Assembly: GCF_024521635.1 (NCBI RefSeq)
Contig: NW_026250441.1
Span: forward strand, 1 to 64,000
DNA: 64,000 nt
From: Tricharina praecox
Lineage: Eukaryota
Direction: 5' to 3'
Part shown: positions 11,952-25,510 of the stretch, piece by piece
How the letters are laid out: every line of letters starts with the position of its first letter
Position numbering within the stretch: position 1 is the stretch's first letter
Notes under the pieces: model-generated
What the model saw: the letters and a program-made list of their open reading frames with translations, nothing else
The model's database searches: none
Told to the model about the DNA's origin: nothing
Position numbers and translations under genes: made by a program

Positions 11952-13873
11952 CTACTGAACCTTCTTCTTCCATGTCACTATCTTCTGAATCCGCCTCCCT
12001 TCCGTGAGATTTGCGACCTGCTCCACCAAGCCACTATCCTCTGCGTCCGCCAGATACCCACTCTTCTCCGGTGTATTTTCATTCTCCTCCACCAGAACCT
12101 CTCCTGTACCAGTCTCACTGCTGTCTTCATCTGCCGTATTTTGTCCATCGGAATCCACCACATTTTCTTCATTAAATCCGCCAAGACATGACAGTTGTCA
12201 ATACCATCAAATCCACCTGTACAGCTGGCTTGCTCAACAACACAACATTCCACTGAACCGATGCCGTGGCCTTCCTCTTTACCAGCAGTGTTTATCGGTA
12301 ACTGAATTGCCTTGCGCACCTTGTTCGTGTCATTATCGTCAGCCACAGAGTAGGCATCCTCTGAGTTGGTATCGTCGTTTTCGTCCTCGGCCGGGTCGGT
12401 ATTGGAGTAGCTATCGTCCGTGAGGTTGGCATCGTCGGTCTCACCCGAGTCGACTGCCTTGCAGTAGATATGGTTCGAGCCGTCCGCTTTGCAGTAGCTG
12501 TTGTTCGAGCCCTCCGTCTGAGCGTGGTTAGTCTTTCCTGAATCGGTCGAGCCGGGATTGTAGTTGCCACCTTCCGTTTTTACGACAGTCCACGACTCGT
12601 CCATGTTACCGTAACTGTCCTCGGGCCAGGATTTCATCCCATGCTCCAACTGATCCAGCTCCCGCAAGGAAACGATGATTTCATCGATGTTCGGCGTGAC
12701 GACGCTGGCTCGCCGGTGGTGACTACCAGCGGGCGAGGTGTTCCAGGAGCGGACTGCTGTCGGACGACTTGAGAACGTTGTATAACCATCCTCTTCGTCC
12801 ACCGCCAGCAGCACCACTCCCGGCCTCTCGACCGGGGTGGACCCTAGCCAAGCTCCACACAGTCCACTTCGCCCCGGAGACCTGGAGCCGACGCAGTGTC
12901 CTGGCGTCTCTTGCCAGACACGGACAGCTTCTTGAAGCGATCCACGAATGACTCTACCCCGTCCGTCCGCTTGGGAGGAGCCGGAGCTGACACCGCATTC
13001 TGGCCTCTCTTGCCAGACACGGACAGGTTCTTAAACAGAGCCACAAGTGACTCCACCTCGTCCTTCTTGGTCCTCTCGTCAGACATGGAAAGTTTCTCAA
13101 AGAGAGCCACAAGTGACTCCATTCCGTCCGTGTCTTTGGAACTTCCGGTGGCTGGAGAGTAAGGAAGTGCACTGCTCTGTTGTTCGACCACAGCAGCAGC
13201 GGATACACTTCTCTGGATCGTCTTGCGAGACACGTAAAGCGTCTCAAAAAGAGTCGCGAGGGATTCTAGTTCGTCCTCGTCAAGTGGGCTACCACTTACC
13301 CCACACTGGTCATCATCGTTGGAGTCGTCCTCATCGTTGCAGTCGTCATCATCAACGGAGTCGTCGCCACTCCTCCCCCCCTCCCCCCCCCCCTCCCGTC
13401 AGTCCCGCGGAACGCAGAACGCTGCACGTTCACCTGCCTGTCCGTCCTTCTTGTGGACTTCTTTGTCTTCCTCGTAGAATTCAGGGTCACTGTCTTCGTC
13501 GTCACAGCTACGAGGAGAAGGAGTCGAAGCAGCTCCATCGCCGGAGTCCGATTTGTCACCATCGTCGCCGCTTTTCGCGTCGTCTCCATTCGAACCGTCG
13601 GCTTTCTTGTCATCGGCTTTCTCGTCCTCGTCTCAGTCTTCCTGGTAGAAGTCGGAGTCTGTCTTCGTCGTCACAATCAAGAGGAAGAGCCACGAAAGGA
13701 GCTCCATCCCCGGAGTCGGTGTTTTCGTCATCTTCGCCGCCGTCTTTCATCTCGCTGTCGGAGTTGTCGAAGTCTTGGATACCCAACTTGTAGACTATCC
13801 TGTCAGAGCCGTTGCCACCGTCGCCACCGCCACTGCACACTTTCGCCACAATCTTGCTGGTAACGTTGTCCAT
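11952..13873 (-). pseudogene. acidic, internally repetitive orphan gene with frameshifts/stops (or two fused gene remnants)
   Basis: Consecutive minus-strand ORFs 13610-13882, 12844-13233 and 11978-12817. A duplicated SGDGA..CDDEDSD.FY.ED unit has a frameshift and TGA in the first copy. ESLVALFxxLS repeats are present. Candidate introns lie at ~13433-13374 and ~13298-13265. Confidence 0.5.
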
Positions 13874-13934
13874 ATCTGACAACTTTGCTTCACAAACTCG
13901 GTCTTGTGAAGTAATGTGTAAGAAATCTCGGTGT

Positions 13935-14515
13935 CTTCATGGTAATACGGTCAGTCATTTTCCGCACTACGGAAGAACCCCCAGGTGTAGTAGATTGTAT
14001 AGGGAGATATGTACCGTAAACTACCTAAGAAAAAGGTATCGACCGTCGTCGTATCTGACACTATCGTAGCACGTGTCTAACAGGAAGTCCTGATGGTGGT
14101 TTGGTCAGTACGTCTTCGCAACTATGGAAGAACTCCAAGTTGTAGCAGAGTCTATAGGGATATCTACCTTAGACGACCGTTCAAGAAATTACCGACCGTA
14201 CTCGTAAGGTCGCACTGTACCCTAGTACGTCACTCGTAAGTCCTGGTGGTGGTTTAGTCAGTGACCTTCCGCAGATATGGGAGAACCCCATGATGTAGTG
14301 ATGTATAGGGAGATATGTACCGTAGACAACCTCTTCAAAGATTACCGACGGTAGTCGTAATCCAACAGTCCCGTAGGATCTGTATAGGAAGTCCTAGTAG
14401 TGGTTTCGTTAGTCATTTTCCGCAAGCATGAGAGAGCCCCATGGTGTAGCTAAGTAGGGGGAGATATGTACCTTAGGCGACGTTTCGAAAATAAATCCGA
14501 CCGTCGTCGTAAAGC
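13935..14515 (-). repeat. ~153 bp tandem repeat, ~4 copies, each unit being one intron plus a 73-75 nt exon
   Basis: Minus-strand units read GTA(C/G)ATATC...GACT(A/G)AC...AG|GACTT. Exons lie at 14321-14393, 14168-14242 and 14015-14089. Confidence 0.85.
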
Positions 14516-14807
14516 GAAACGAACCGTAGTCCGAAACGTCGAAATGAGATTTGCTGTCGCAAGCTCTTCGTAACTTGTGCTGTGCACAAGAAAACGTAAA
14601 GGGAGGAGGAAGAGGGGGGAGGAAGAGGAAAGAGGAAGGGGAGCAAGAGCAAAGCTAGAGCAAGAGTAAGAGCAGAAGAGGAGGGTTGCAGAGTAACAAA
14701 GGTGTAAAGAGCAAGAGAGTAGTGAGCAAAACGTAAACGTTGAGATCAGAGCAAGTCTTGAGAATTCACGAAGAAAACAAGGGAAGAAGGGTGGATGAAG
14801 ACGTAAC

Positions 14808-14815
14808 TATTTATA
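14808..14815 (-). promoter_or_regulatory. candidate TATA box for the minus-strand transcript
   Basis: TATAAATA on the minus strand, followed by a ~200 nt CT-rich leader. Confidence 0.45.
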
Positions 14816-15774
14816 CGGGTTGGTGGGTTTGGAATATTCAAAATATCCAAAGAACTAGCCAAACACTGTCGGCAAACATTTGTCCGCCACCATCACTCGG
14901 TGGTAGTATCGAGTATTCCGTTAGGGTTGCGAAGAAATGACCTAATCGCAGGCGCTTTTCGCGGCTCAGCAACATCACGTACGTTTACGGGAGAGGGTAA
15001 TAGGTTAGACTATGTACGTCCAGATATTTGCCCATGCAGAGATATATTCCCCTAGATAGGTGAAGAGATATTTCCCGAGCGAAATACCCAACGTCCAAAA
15101 CACATATTTGAAAACTCACCACCACTTAGCACTAGAAACCGGTAGAGAGATCCTTCATGTATTCCGGACGGCATTATATGACACGGTTCCACTCGCCAAC
15201 CATTCGTATACCAAAACATCACATCCGCCACATGGGTCATATCACGGCAGCCTGAATGTTCCGGCCAGGAGAAATATGGCAGCGCGCCGATCAAGAATGG
15301 AAGATTTTACCGTGCTGACAAAGTTAACCTGTCTCCAGCAATGAGCACTGTCTCTGGCTGGATTCACCGCGCGGCTTTCATGCACATTCTACTCATGCCG
15401 CGTGCGTGCGTAACTCGAAAGAATTACTCCTATTAAGACCTAACTACGCGCAGGAAACGGCTTCGGCGGACCTCCGGTTCGTCGCTACCATTGCCAAACT
15501 TGCAGAACAGCACCAACTGAATTGCTAACAAAATTCTAAGTAAGTGACTATCAGGCCCCATGCACTACAGCGACGAGTTCAAAGACAACATTAATAATAA
15601 CAGAAAGCAGAAAGCAGAAAGCAGAAAGTAGAAAGCAGCGACCAAATTAACTCGTAAAAATACATCTCGCACATCTCCTCACTCGGTAACTTCCCTTTTC
15701 CCAGCAGTGGCCGCCCCCATTTCCCCTCTGCCACCCGCTGGCCAAGTATCAACAACCTGCGCCTCATGCTCCGC

Positions 15775-17144
15775 CTACATAGTAGCGCCCCTGTAATACC
15801 CCTCGACGAAAGTCGCCATCTCGTCAACACGCCAATCATGGCGGATCTCATTCTGTAGTATCACCAACTTCTCGACTGGGAGAGACTTGGCGGCAGTGTC
15901 CAATATGCGGACGAGGCGCTCCAGATTTGAGGTGAAGTCTAGAAGTTCGCGGGTGGCCAGTTGGCGCGCGGTCGAAAAGGCACGGTATGGGCCTTGCGCG
16001 GCTTCGGAGGCGGGCGATCCCTGGTTTTCGACGGGAGATGAGGCTTCGCTGGGAGAAGCTAAAGTTTTGTGCTCGATAGCGGCGGCGCTGAGGAAACGGG
16101 AAGGAGTGCGACCCATGGGAGAGGTGGCGCGGCGCTTAAGACGCGCAACTTGCGATTTGGATCGTTCTTGGGAGAAGGTGGCGCCGGCACAAGTTTTGCT
16201 TGTTGGTACTGAAACCTGGGCGCCCTTCAGGGTTGGGTCACGGCTAGCCGGAAGCGTTGATTGCGCAGGCTTCTTTGGCGAGTGTACTTCGGAACCCTCG
16301 TGCGTATGGTTGGTACCGCTCGCAGGCCGACTAGAACGGGCGCGTAATGACATCCTCCTGACTACCTGAGTAGTTCTAGCTGTGTCCTGGTGGTCATGAT
16401 CGCTGTCCGAATCACTGCTAATCGTGTAGGCGGTCTGACGATCGGCGGAGGAGTCGATCTCTTCCAAACCGCTTGGCGTCGCCCCGCCGGCTGGAGGGGA
16501 CTCGGAGATGACGCGCTTCACAGCAGCGTTGACGTTGCATAGGTTGATGCCCATGCGGCGACGCTTGACCTCTGACGCTGCTGCAGACGGCTTTCTCATC
16601 GTAGTGGCCCTAAGCTGCCGTGGAGTTTCGTCAGGTGTGTCTGTCTCGCTGGTTCCAGCGATGCCTTTCCCCTTTTGCGATACATCTTCGTCCGTCGTCG
16701 ACGATGATTCTTCTTTCGCAAGAGGCTTATTTTTGAGCGCAGGCTCATCACTGGATTCGTCTGCTTCTCCGCCATCGTTCTGGACGGGGAGCGGGTTCCG
16801 ACGGGGACGACCCCTCTGAATTCTGTCAGATTTGCGAGATGGAAGCCAGGCACTATGTAACCTACCTTTCTAACCGGGACAACATCAGGGGCTTCCGTCG
16901 TCACGCTCCGCTGGGCGGTTGTGCTCCTACCAGAACGTGTGCTCCTGCCCGAACACGTGCTCCTTCCCGAACGTGATGCGTGCACTTTCTTGGCCGCTTT
17001 CGTCCGACATTCATTGCAGGTGCGCAAGATGTCCATCTCGCCGGGTTTCTTTGCGTTCCGGCTGTGGTTGATGCCCATAAAGAGGGTCATCGGACGGTCT
17101 TTCTGACAGTGACTGCAATACTTGGAATCTGGCATTGCGGACAT
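15775..17144 (-). CDS. hypothetical nuclear protein with an N-terminal Cys4 zinc-binding motif and an AT-hook, at least 2 exons
   Basis: Contains CSHC..(x29)..CNEC. Splicing intron 16865-16816 (GTAGGT..CTGAC..CAG) joins the two ORFs in frame and creates KRGRPRR. Confidence 0.7.
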
Positions 17145-20100
17145 GCGTAGGGTGATCTGGAAGCACCGGTTAGTGGTGACGTTGTGAAGGTGACAACGTC
17201 AGGTTCTGAGGTGGGTTAGGGGTGAGTAGTTCCACCGAAGGACGTATCACTTACACGTCAACCACGCTGAGCAGTCACGATGAAATATGGAGATGAGAGG
17301 GTCGGGAAAAAGAACTGAGGAGACAATAAGAGTGATGCTGGTTCTGTTGTTTGTGCGTAGGGATATTGGCGATGGAAGCCGGATGGCAGTGGCTATCAAC
17401 GGGGATTGAGTGTGAGTGTATTTGTGAGTGTGTGTGTGTGTGCGCGTGTGGCTGAGAGCAAGCGAACGGTCGCGAGGGGATGGTTGGGGTTATATGGAAA
17501 TTCGTTTGCCGGGTAAACCATAGCGGAACGCTGACACGCTTGCTTAGCGCCCCAGTACTAAGAAGAAAAAAAAGAAGCGGATTTAGGTCCGAGCTGGCGA
17601 GGCAAAACACTCGACCCCTAAGGAAAGCATAGATTTGGACCCTAGTGCGCGATCCCCGCTCCTCCGTCTTGTTGTGAACTCATCGCGTGGGATCAGGGAG
17701 ATTGCGCATCTGGATTTCGCCTGTCGATGGCAGTCACAGCGTGAACAACGCTCCTCACAATCGTGGTACCTGGCACCGTAACACAGGGGAGTCACGGGCG
17801 ACACGCTGCCCCATTCTGGAGGTCAAACTAACGGAAACCCAGCAGAGCGGATGGGGCATCGCGATGCACGAATGATGGCAGATGATGCGGATCGGCTTGC
17901 TAGCGCTGGCTCATGCGGGCTTCGTTTGACGTCTGTACTGTGGCGGACATTTTTGGAGCGACCGACTGGTTGCGGACGTTGCCGTTGCAGCGTCACCTGT
18001 CTGTAACTACGTCGCTTGCACCATTCCAATGGAGTTCGCCGTCAGGAAATTATTGCGGATTTCGCCCCTAACCCTGAACTCTCAATGACATGATACACCT
18101 CCGCAACGGTCGTCATGGCGGAGAACTACCCTTCAACGCCTGAGATGACGAAAAGTATGCACCACCTCTGATATCGCCGAGGTGGAGCTCTGTAGTTACC
18201 GTATGGAAAACTTGTTGGACGCGCTTTTTCAAAAATTTCTCCTGCGTCTTAGTCCTATCATGCACGCCTTGGGATCTCAGGAGGCATCGCCGGTCGAGTG
18301 AAATCCGCTGTTCTCCATCGTTGCGACTGATGTTTTGAACCATTGGTAGCTTTGTGCTGCGTGCAGCTGAGGTTAATGAAGCCACCAGGACTGCTGGTGC
18401 CGAAGGCAGAAAACGAAGGGTGGATTATGGCTCCATTTCGAAACGATTTTGCCCAGCGATGGAAGAGCTGTCGGCGGGAAGACGGAGCGAGAGGGAGATA
18501 TATCGCCATGTTGGAGGGGGGGGGGGGAGATGGAGGTGAAGGAGGCGAATGGGGTCAGTAGACAGCTCCAGCATTGGGGGTCCAGCGTGGTCGTATCCGC
18601 TCTTAGCCGTCTGCTGCCGCTTCCGCTTCTTCCGCTTCTTCTCCCTCTTCTTCTTTTTATCGTCATCATTATTCAGATTGACGATTTACCCCCACGTCGT
18701 CGCCTTCCTCTCTGTGCGCTCCACTCTCGATTCTGCCTCCCGCCTGGAACGTTCTTGGCAAATGAGCCCCTCATAATGACGGAGCTGACAACGACGATGC
18801 ATAGGACCTCGTCAAGATGCGCAACAGTTACCGTCCAGACTCTATGCTGCCTACCGGTCCGCCCACTTCGGTCAGCTCCGCGGATTCCACCGCAGCATTA
18901 AACGAGATATCCACCGCACCCCCTATCCGCCGCGCCTTATATCCTCCGCCGTTTCTCGGGAGCACCGGAATGCCGCGGAGAAATATATTCATGCAACGCA
19001 TCAACGGACCACGGTCATGTGACATGACAGAACCCGGGGGAGGAGTACATAGGAAAGAACGCACCGCAAACCACTTGATCGGGGATTGAGCTTGCACCGC
19101 GGACTTACGCAATGCCGAACCGTCACCTAACCGCGCGCTGTGAATGCCGGAGATCAGGTGCGTGGGATTGGCACTGGAGTTATCACCGTGATTAACCAAC
19201 TTCTGCGAGCGGTTCGTTACCCAACCACTACGAAGAAAAAGCAGAAGAAGGGGTAGACAGCTAAGAGAGCATACGACACCGCTTGACCCCCCAGCGCTGA
19301 TGCTACCTACAAGCCCCATTCACTTCTTCCCTCCGTTATATGCTCTTCGCGCTGCCTCTTTCCGCCTACAGCTCTGAGCTCTCCCATCGCTTTTCAACAC
19401 CACCTCGAGACTCCAGCACATTCGGCGTCTTCCTCGGTGGAATTGAGTCTTTCACACGTGGCGACTGAAACACCTCCAAAAACATTGAAGGCTCAAACGA
19501 TGGACTTAGTCACGACTGGAAATGTAAGGAAAAGCGTCCTTAAAGGTGAAAATTTACCAAACTCGAGTGCAGGTGGTAGGGCTTAAATGAAAAAATCAAA
19601 AAACGTTTGCGGTTTTGTCATTCTAGGACTCGTTGCACAGTCGGCCGTCATCGGTTTGATCAATAATAGTTTACCGTGCGGTAGCGGTGTCGCTGTCAAG
19701 CGTCGCATGTTTGATAAAGACGCCACATCTTTTCTCTGAGCGAGTCGTCATTCATTCTAGCCCTAGGTGCACGGAACCTACAATCACTACTCACCGCACG
19801 TGCCGCGAGGTTTGATTGGTGCCAACTTGCAAACTAGGGCATTTATTGCGTGCCCTGGACAAACTGGGCAAACGCTAGGGATTTTTACATGATGCGCTCG
19901 CAGGTTCTATTCACGCTCACACGCTTTCCTCAACTAACAACTTGTGAATTACGCTACGGTCTTTTCGTTGCCTGCAAGGTTCTCCCTCCTTAAATACCCT
20001 CCTTTCCCCATACCTTCCTTCCTTCTTTACTCCTTCGACCTTCACTACTTCGATCTTCACTCCTTTTCGCCTTAACGCTCCTTACGACTACCTGATCTAC

Positions 20101-20310
20101 CCGATCTTTTCCCCAAAGCCTACCACCCCTACTAGTGAGTCATCCATTTCACCTGGGCTGCAACCCAAGCTGCTTATTGGATCTGCCTTTACCACTTCTT
20201 CATCCCTTGTTCCATCATGCCCAACTCAACCGAGCTCCGGTTGTATGAGCTTCAGAACTCGCTGACTTACCTGACTTCTTCAGCAGAACGGTTACGACTT
20301 CAGCAACAAC

Positions 20311-22222
20311 ATGAGTAACATGTATGTCTTCACGGCGGGCGGCGACGACCCAAGCAAGCTTATCGAGGCTTTGCAACAGAGCCAGGCCATTCGCTCTGCG
20401 GTTGAGGCTCCTACAGTAAGCCTAACATACCATCTTTTCAACATCATTGACTGACTCCTTTTAGGCCAACCTCACCTCTAGCACCCCGTGCACCGTAATC
20501 CTCCACCAGTTCCGTTCCGAGGATCAGCGCGGCAAGATCCTGTACCACATCTACCTCCCGGCCAACATCACAATCGAGGTAAGCATCACTTCTCATTCCC
20601 GCCACCGTCACTGATCATTGTAGGAACTACTCAACACCATCAGGGAAGAGTTCGGTGATGCTGAACGCACCGTGAGCTTCGGAAACATTCGCGTTAACGA
20701 GAAGGCGGAATTCATCAACAATCCCCTAACCATGATGCCGAAGTATATGGCCTCCACCTACCTCAAGCGGCTGTGGCCTGCAGGATGGCCATGGGTGTAC
20801 TGCTTCCGCTGCATCGCTGACGACAATCCAAACACCGTTCGCTACGATATGGTTATGTCGAAGCAGGCGATGGGTCGTCCTCTATACGGCACCGTCCATC
20901 ATCCAAACGCGCCAACTCTCAACAGCCCTCCGATCATTACGCACCCACAGCCGAATCCGAACCAGACTCAGCTGGGCCCAGCGGGCGTGCTGGTCGGTCA
21001 CGACACTACTGGTAAGCCGATTTATAGGCCTATCGGTGCCCCGATGCCAAGCTCCGTCATTAGGCTCCCTGGCTTAGGTGGTTCTGTTGCCTCCGTTCAC
21101 GACTCACCTCCGAACGACGCTACCCAAGAGAACAATGCATCTGCCCGCTCCGGAAATGAACTGCGGTCTTCGCCAACGGAGTCGATCGCTTCTTGTGCGC
21201 CTAAGAGGGTAACCAGAGAATCCCTCGCCAACTCCGCGGGCCAGGCCAAGGCAGCAGAGACACCTGTGCCGAAAAAGAGTACCATCAAGACTTCCGGCTC
21301 TACCGCGAAGGGCAAGAAATCGAAGCCTACCGGGGTCAAGAAGTCGAAGCCAGGATCGAAGAAAAAGGCGACACTTTCCTCCATCTCCCCCGCATCCACC
21401 GTGGTTACTGAGGAGTTGAAGAGCGAGCACACCTCGATTGGTAGAGACCCACCTGTGCCGAACATGCTTCTTATGGACACTCCGAGTCCTAAGGAGGTTC
21501 CACCCGTCGTTGCTCACAGGCTCGCCGCTATGGGTATCTTGAAGGAAGGAAACGTGAACGCCCCTAACACCTCTTTCTCGGGTGCGGCTGCTCCTCCGGC
21601 GGTGCACTGTGCAGATAAGAGAGAACCCGCGACTCTCAGCGCTGCTTCGGCTCTGATCACGCTGGCCTCTCAGGATCTCTCCATCGGTTCCAACCAGGAG
21701 AAGTTTCCCGAGACGCCAGTTGGTCCCTCGCAGCAGCATAGCCCCAGCAGCTCCCCCATGCTGCGCCGCTTTGAACGCTCCACTTCGCCTACCCACGAGG
21801 CCGAAAAGGAGGAGCTCTTGAAGATGTGGAGTCACTCGGTTTCACGTCTGGGCAAGTCCGCTGCTCTCAAGAAAAAGACTGCTGGCAACGCTGAGATCAC
21901 AGAGACGTCGCAGCGACCTGTCGATGCCAATGCCGCCGAGACCTCGGATGACAAGCAGTACGACTCAGACGAGCCTATGAGTTCTAAGAACAAGCTCGCC
22001 GCTTTCCGCAAACAGGCGGGCGCCTCCAAGAAACAACTTGCTGACTCTCCCTCCAGCTTCACGCCGATCAACAAGCCCATGTCCAAGAAGAAGGTGGCGC
22101 TGCCCAGCAGCTTCACCCCCATCAACAAGCCCACCACCGGCGCGATGCGCATCGTGCAGGAGTGCATGGATTACGACGGCTCTGATGAGGAGGGAGGGTC
22201 AACTCCCGGCACCTCTCCGTAG
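20311..22222 (+). CDS. hypothetical protein (~605 aa) with a disordered S/P/K-rich C-terminus, 3 coding exons
   Basis: Exons 20311-20415, 20465-20578 and 20624-22222 are in frame with canonical GTAAG..AG introns. A CT-rich leader and probable 5'UTR introns lie upstream. Confidence 0.75.
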
Positions 22223-24779
22223 GCATGGTATCCCTCGTGAGGACCAGCCTGCAGGCATCCATCCACGATAGTTCGCTTTCGTGCTTCAAGAAAATATCCT
22301 TTCTCATTTCTTTTGTTTCCGCGACGCTACGGCTTTGGTTTGACAACGGCTCTTTTCCTTGGTTCGGTTTTGTTAGCTGTTGAACGTTTTTAGTTCTACG
22401 CACGCGGGAGCAGTGTAGAATTGAATTTGTTCGGGCCTTGTCACTTGTGTGTTCTCATAATATCGTTCAGTTCCGTGATACTAACACGTAAACCCGACTT
22501 CAAGAAAAGAGCGACTGAGAAGTTGGCATCAGTGAGTTCGCAATTATACAGGCACATAGTACCGGCGGTATCAGTGGTACGTTCCTTCCTCCCTACTTCC
22601 CTACCGTGACTAGGAACTTCACCGTGATCCTCTATTGTTTAGATGATAACAACGTCGACGAGATTCTTGCCGTCAACCTAGCATCAGTGATTCGAATAAG
22701 CAATAGAAAGTGGATGGAAAAATGATATCATAGGCCGGCGATTTCTCGAGGATCCCCTCATCCATAATGCATAATCCGCCGCATACAACGTATTAATGTT
22801 TTCCCCGCGTATACGTCGATTGCGGCAGGGGGTTATCGACGAACATCGCGGGAGCTGAGTAGCCATTCCTGGCGAAGCGTTACCGGTCGGCACCGATACG
22901 TGATCGACGAAAATACTGGCTCGCGGTAATCTTGATCGATGGCGCGATGCTCTGCTGGAGGACTGAGAAGATGCCCACGTCAAAAGGCGTCTAGAGCGCG
23001 CTCGATACGTCGGCGGGTGGGCGCCGTCTCCGCCGCGATTGCGACTGGTGCGTACGTGATGGTGTCTGGTTTCTCCTGAGTATGGTGCATGGCTCCGACA
23101 CTGTGCATGAGGGGTTTTGGCGCTTCATCTTTTACTCACGTTGACAGCTACCACCAACACAATGATGGCAAGCTTCTACTATATACGTACGGCACACGCA
23201 TTGTCGACTCCAACACGGATCGGATAATTGTTTTCCTTCCCTTGATTTGTCAACACACTGTCAACCACCATATTTGTCACCATTTCCAACAGGCACGTAA
23301 AAGCTAGTACCGAGTGATTGTGCATGCTGAAACGTGCACATTGAGATTTGAAGTGAAAATCCGCACTAGGGGAATCGAAGACTGTTGGAAGGAACCGGAA
23401 ATAGTTTCACAAGAACGTATGACTTGTATGAGAGTTGCTCTTTCAATTGACGGCTATCTAGCGACTCTTATATCGATCGTCCTGCCGGCGGCAGACTGGC
23501 CGGCGGACGACTTGGCGGCGCCGCCGCTGACCATCCACACCTTCGTATAGTGCTGGCTTTAAGGTGATTCGTCATACCTTCCAACAAGGACGGCGCTTCT
23601 CCGAGGGCTCTTCTCCAATGACACTGTGGGTCGAAAGGCCTGATGATGACGGGAGCACAGACAGAGGAGTGAGCGGGTGCGAGGTTCGAATCTCGATAGA
23701 TAATGATCAAGAAAGAAGAAGAAACCAGCTGAAGTCCTCCATTCCCATTTAGCGACCGCGCCATGGATACTGAAAACATACGTTTTCTCCCGCCAACACC
23801 TCCTCCATCACTCCGCCACAGCGCCGGCTCCGAAATCGACAGCTTCCTATGTCCTATCCTGGCATCGCCCAATCGCGGAATTCAGCTCACAGATCGCAGC
23901 CGGCGCGAACTAAAAATCATCAATGTCGTGGGACATCGGGAATACATGCTTCTGCGTTGGGAGTGGATACTCACACCCAAGCTCTTCAAACGCACACAAG
24001 GAGATCCTCCTTCGCATCACGCTACACGCGGTACGCGTCGTCGAAATTGTCGCAACCCTGAATCCCCGGGTAGACGCAGACCGCGGCCGCTATCTTTACG
24101 TGTATAGCCACTCCAGGATCAATGCTGCCAACCGGACGCCCCGGCAAAGCACACATTTCCCTGCAGTGAACGCAAAGCTGGTTGTTCACACGGACACCAC
24201 ACCAACTCAATGGTGAGCATACTCTGTCTGTACCGTAGAGTGCTATAAATTGTATCGCAATTATAGTAGTAATACTATGTACACTGAATATTGCGGGCAG
24301 CGGGCTCCACCAACAGCGGTCACCAACAGCATCCAAACGGAGACTTTGCCACGAGTGCGTTTACGTGAATACATCTTCGCATGATACCGTAATACGTTCA
24401 CACGGCACTCTGCCGATCGTGGTGCAGCTAGAATTAAACATGATAGAAGTCCATTACTAGATACAAAAGAAGAAGAAACCAAATCTCAACTAGCCCCCGT
24501 ATCCTCCAAACAACGAACCGAAACAAATTCAGAATCCTCCAGCACACTGCAGTGAACCTATGATTTCAGCATAGAGTCAGCGATTTCTAATTGACCGTCG
24601 AAATTCAGGGAGAAAGAATGGTAAGTTATTCCTCACCCCGCTCTCCCTCGTCTGTGAGGTAGCAGGGATGGGGTATGCGAAGACGACTAGCTAGAGCTGG
24701 AAGGCCCCTCCGCAAGTTGAAAGAAAGCAAGATGAGGGGAAGGCGCGGGCCAGGTCCCAAAGACTTTCTCCAGCTTGCC

Positions 24780-25510
24780 TTCCATCGTGGTTTCCCGGTA
24801 GGTTTAAACCAGTCTCTGAAGCGCCGAAACACCAGATCAGGCCGAGCCAGGTAGCCAGAGCGGGTAGGCAAACCGGAAGAAAGCCCGGGTCGAGGAGGAA
24901 AGTACCGGGTGCCGAATACTTTATAACTCGCTTACGCTTAACGCTCGTGCGGTCCTGGCATATTTAAACCTCTCGGAAGCATTGGCAATACTAGAGCAGG
25001 CAGAGCCGATACCCTTCACTGCAGTATCATCTCTGCCAGAGCAGGCCGGGCCAAGTAGCGGCGGCCGATCGGCTGGCAAAGGAAAGCACGGGACAAGGGG
25101 TGGAGGGGGGGACCGAGTCCTGAAGGCTATCCGTGGTGTCCTGAGAAATCTAAACCCTCTCTGTATCGCGCAATGCCAGAGCAGGCTGAGCCGGTAGGCA
25201 CAAAGCGTTTTCTGATGTATTGACAATGCCAGAGGAGGTCGAGCCAGGTAGCGAGCAGGAAGTCGGTAAACCGAAGAACACAACAGGACAAGGGGGAAAG
25301 GGGTTGACAGTCCCGAAGACAATCTCCAGCGTGCCTTCGCATCGTGGTGTCCTGGCAAATTTAAACGTTTTCTGTAGCATTGGCAATACCCAAGAAGGCC
25401 GAGCCGGACGCCTTCTCTGCAGTATTGCCAATGACGGAGCAGGTCGAGCCAAGTAGCGGCGAGCGGATCGGCTAACCGAAAGCAAGCAACGGGACACGAA
25501 GGGGGAGCAC
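24780..25510. repeat. diverged tandem repeat, 4 units of ~160-210 bp
   Basis: Units start CGTGGTGTCCTGGCA..TTTAAAC at ~24785, 24945, 25131 and 25342, and share GAGCAGG.CGAGCCA.GTAGCG. Confidence 0.8.
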
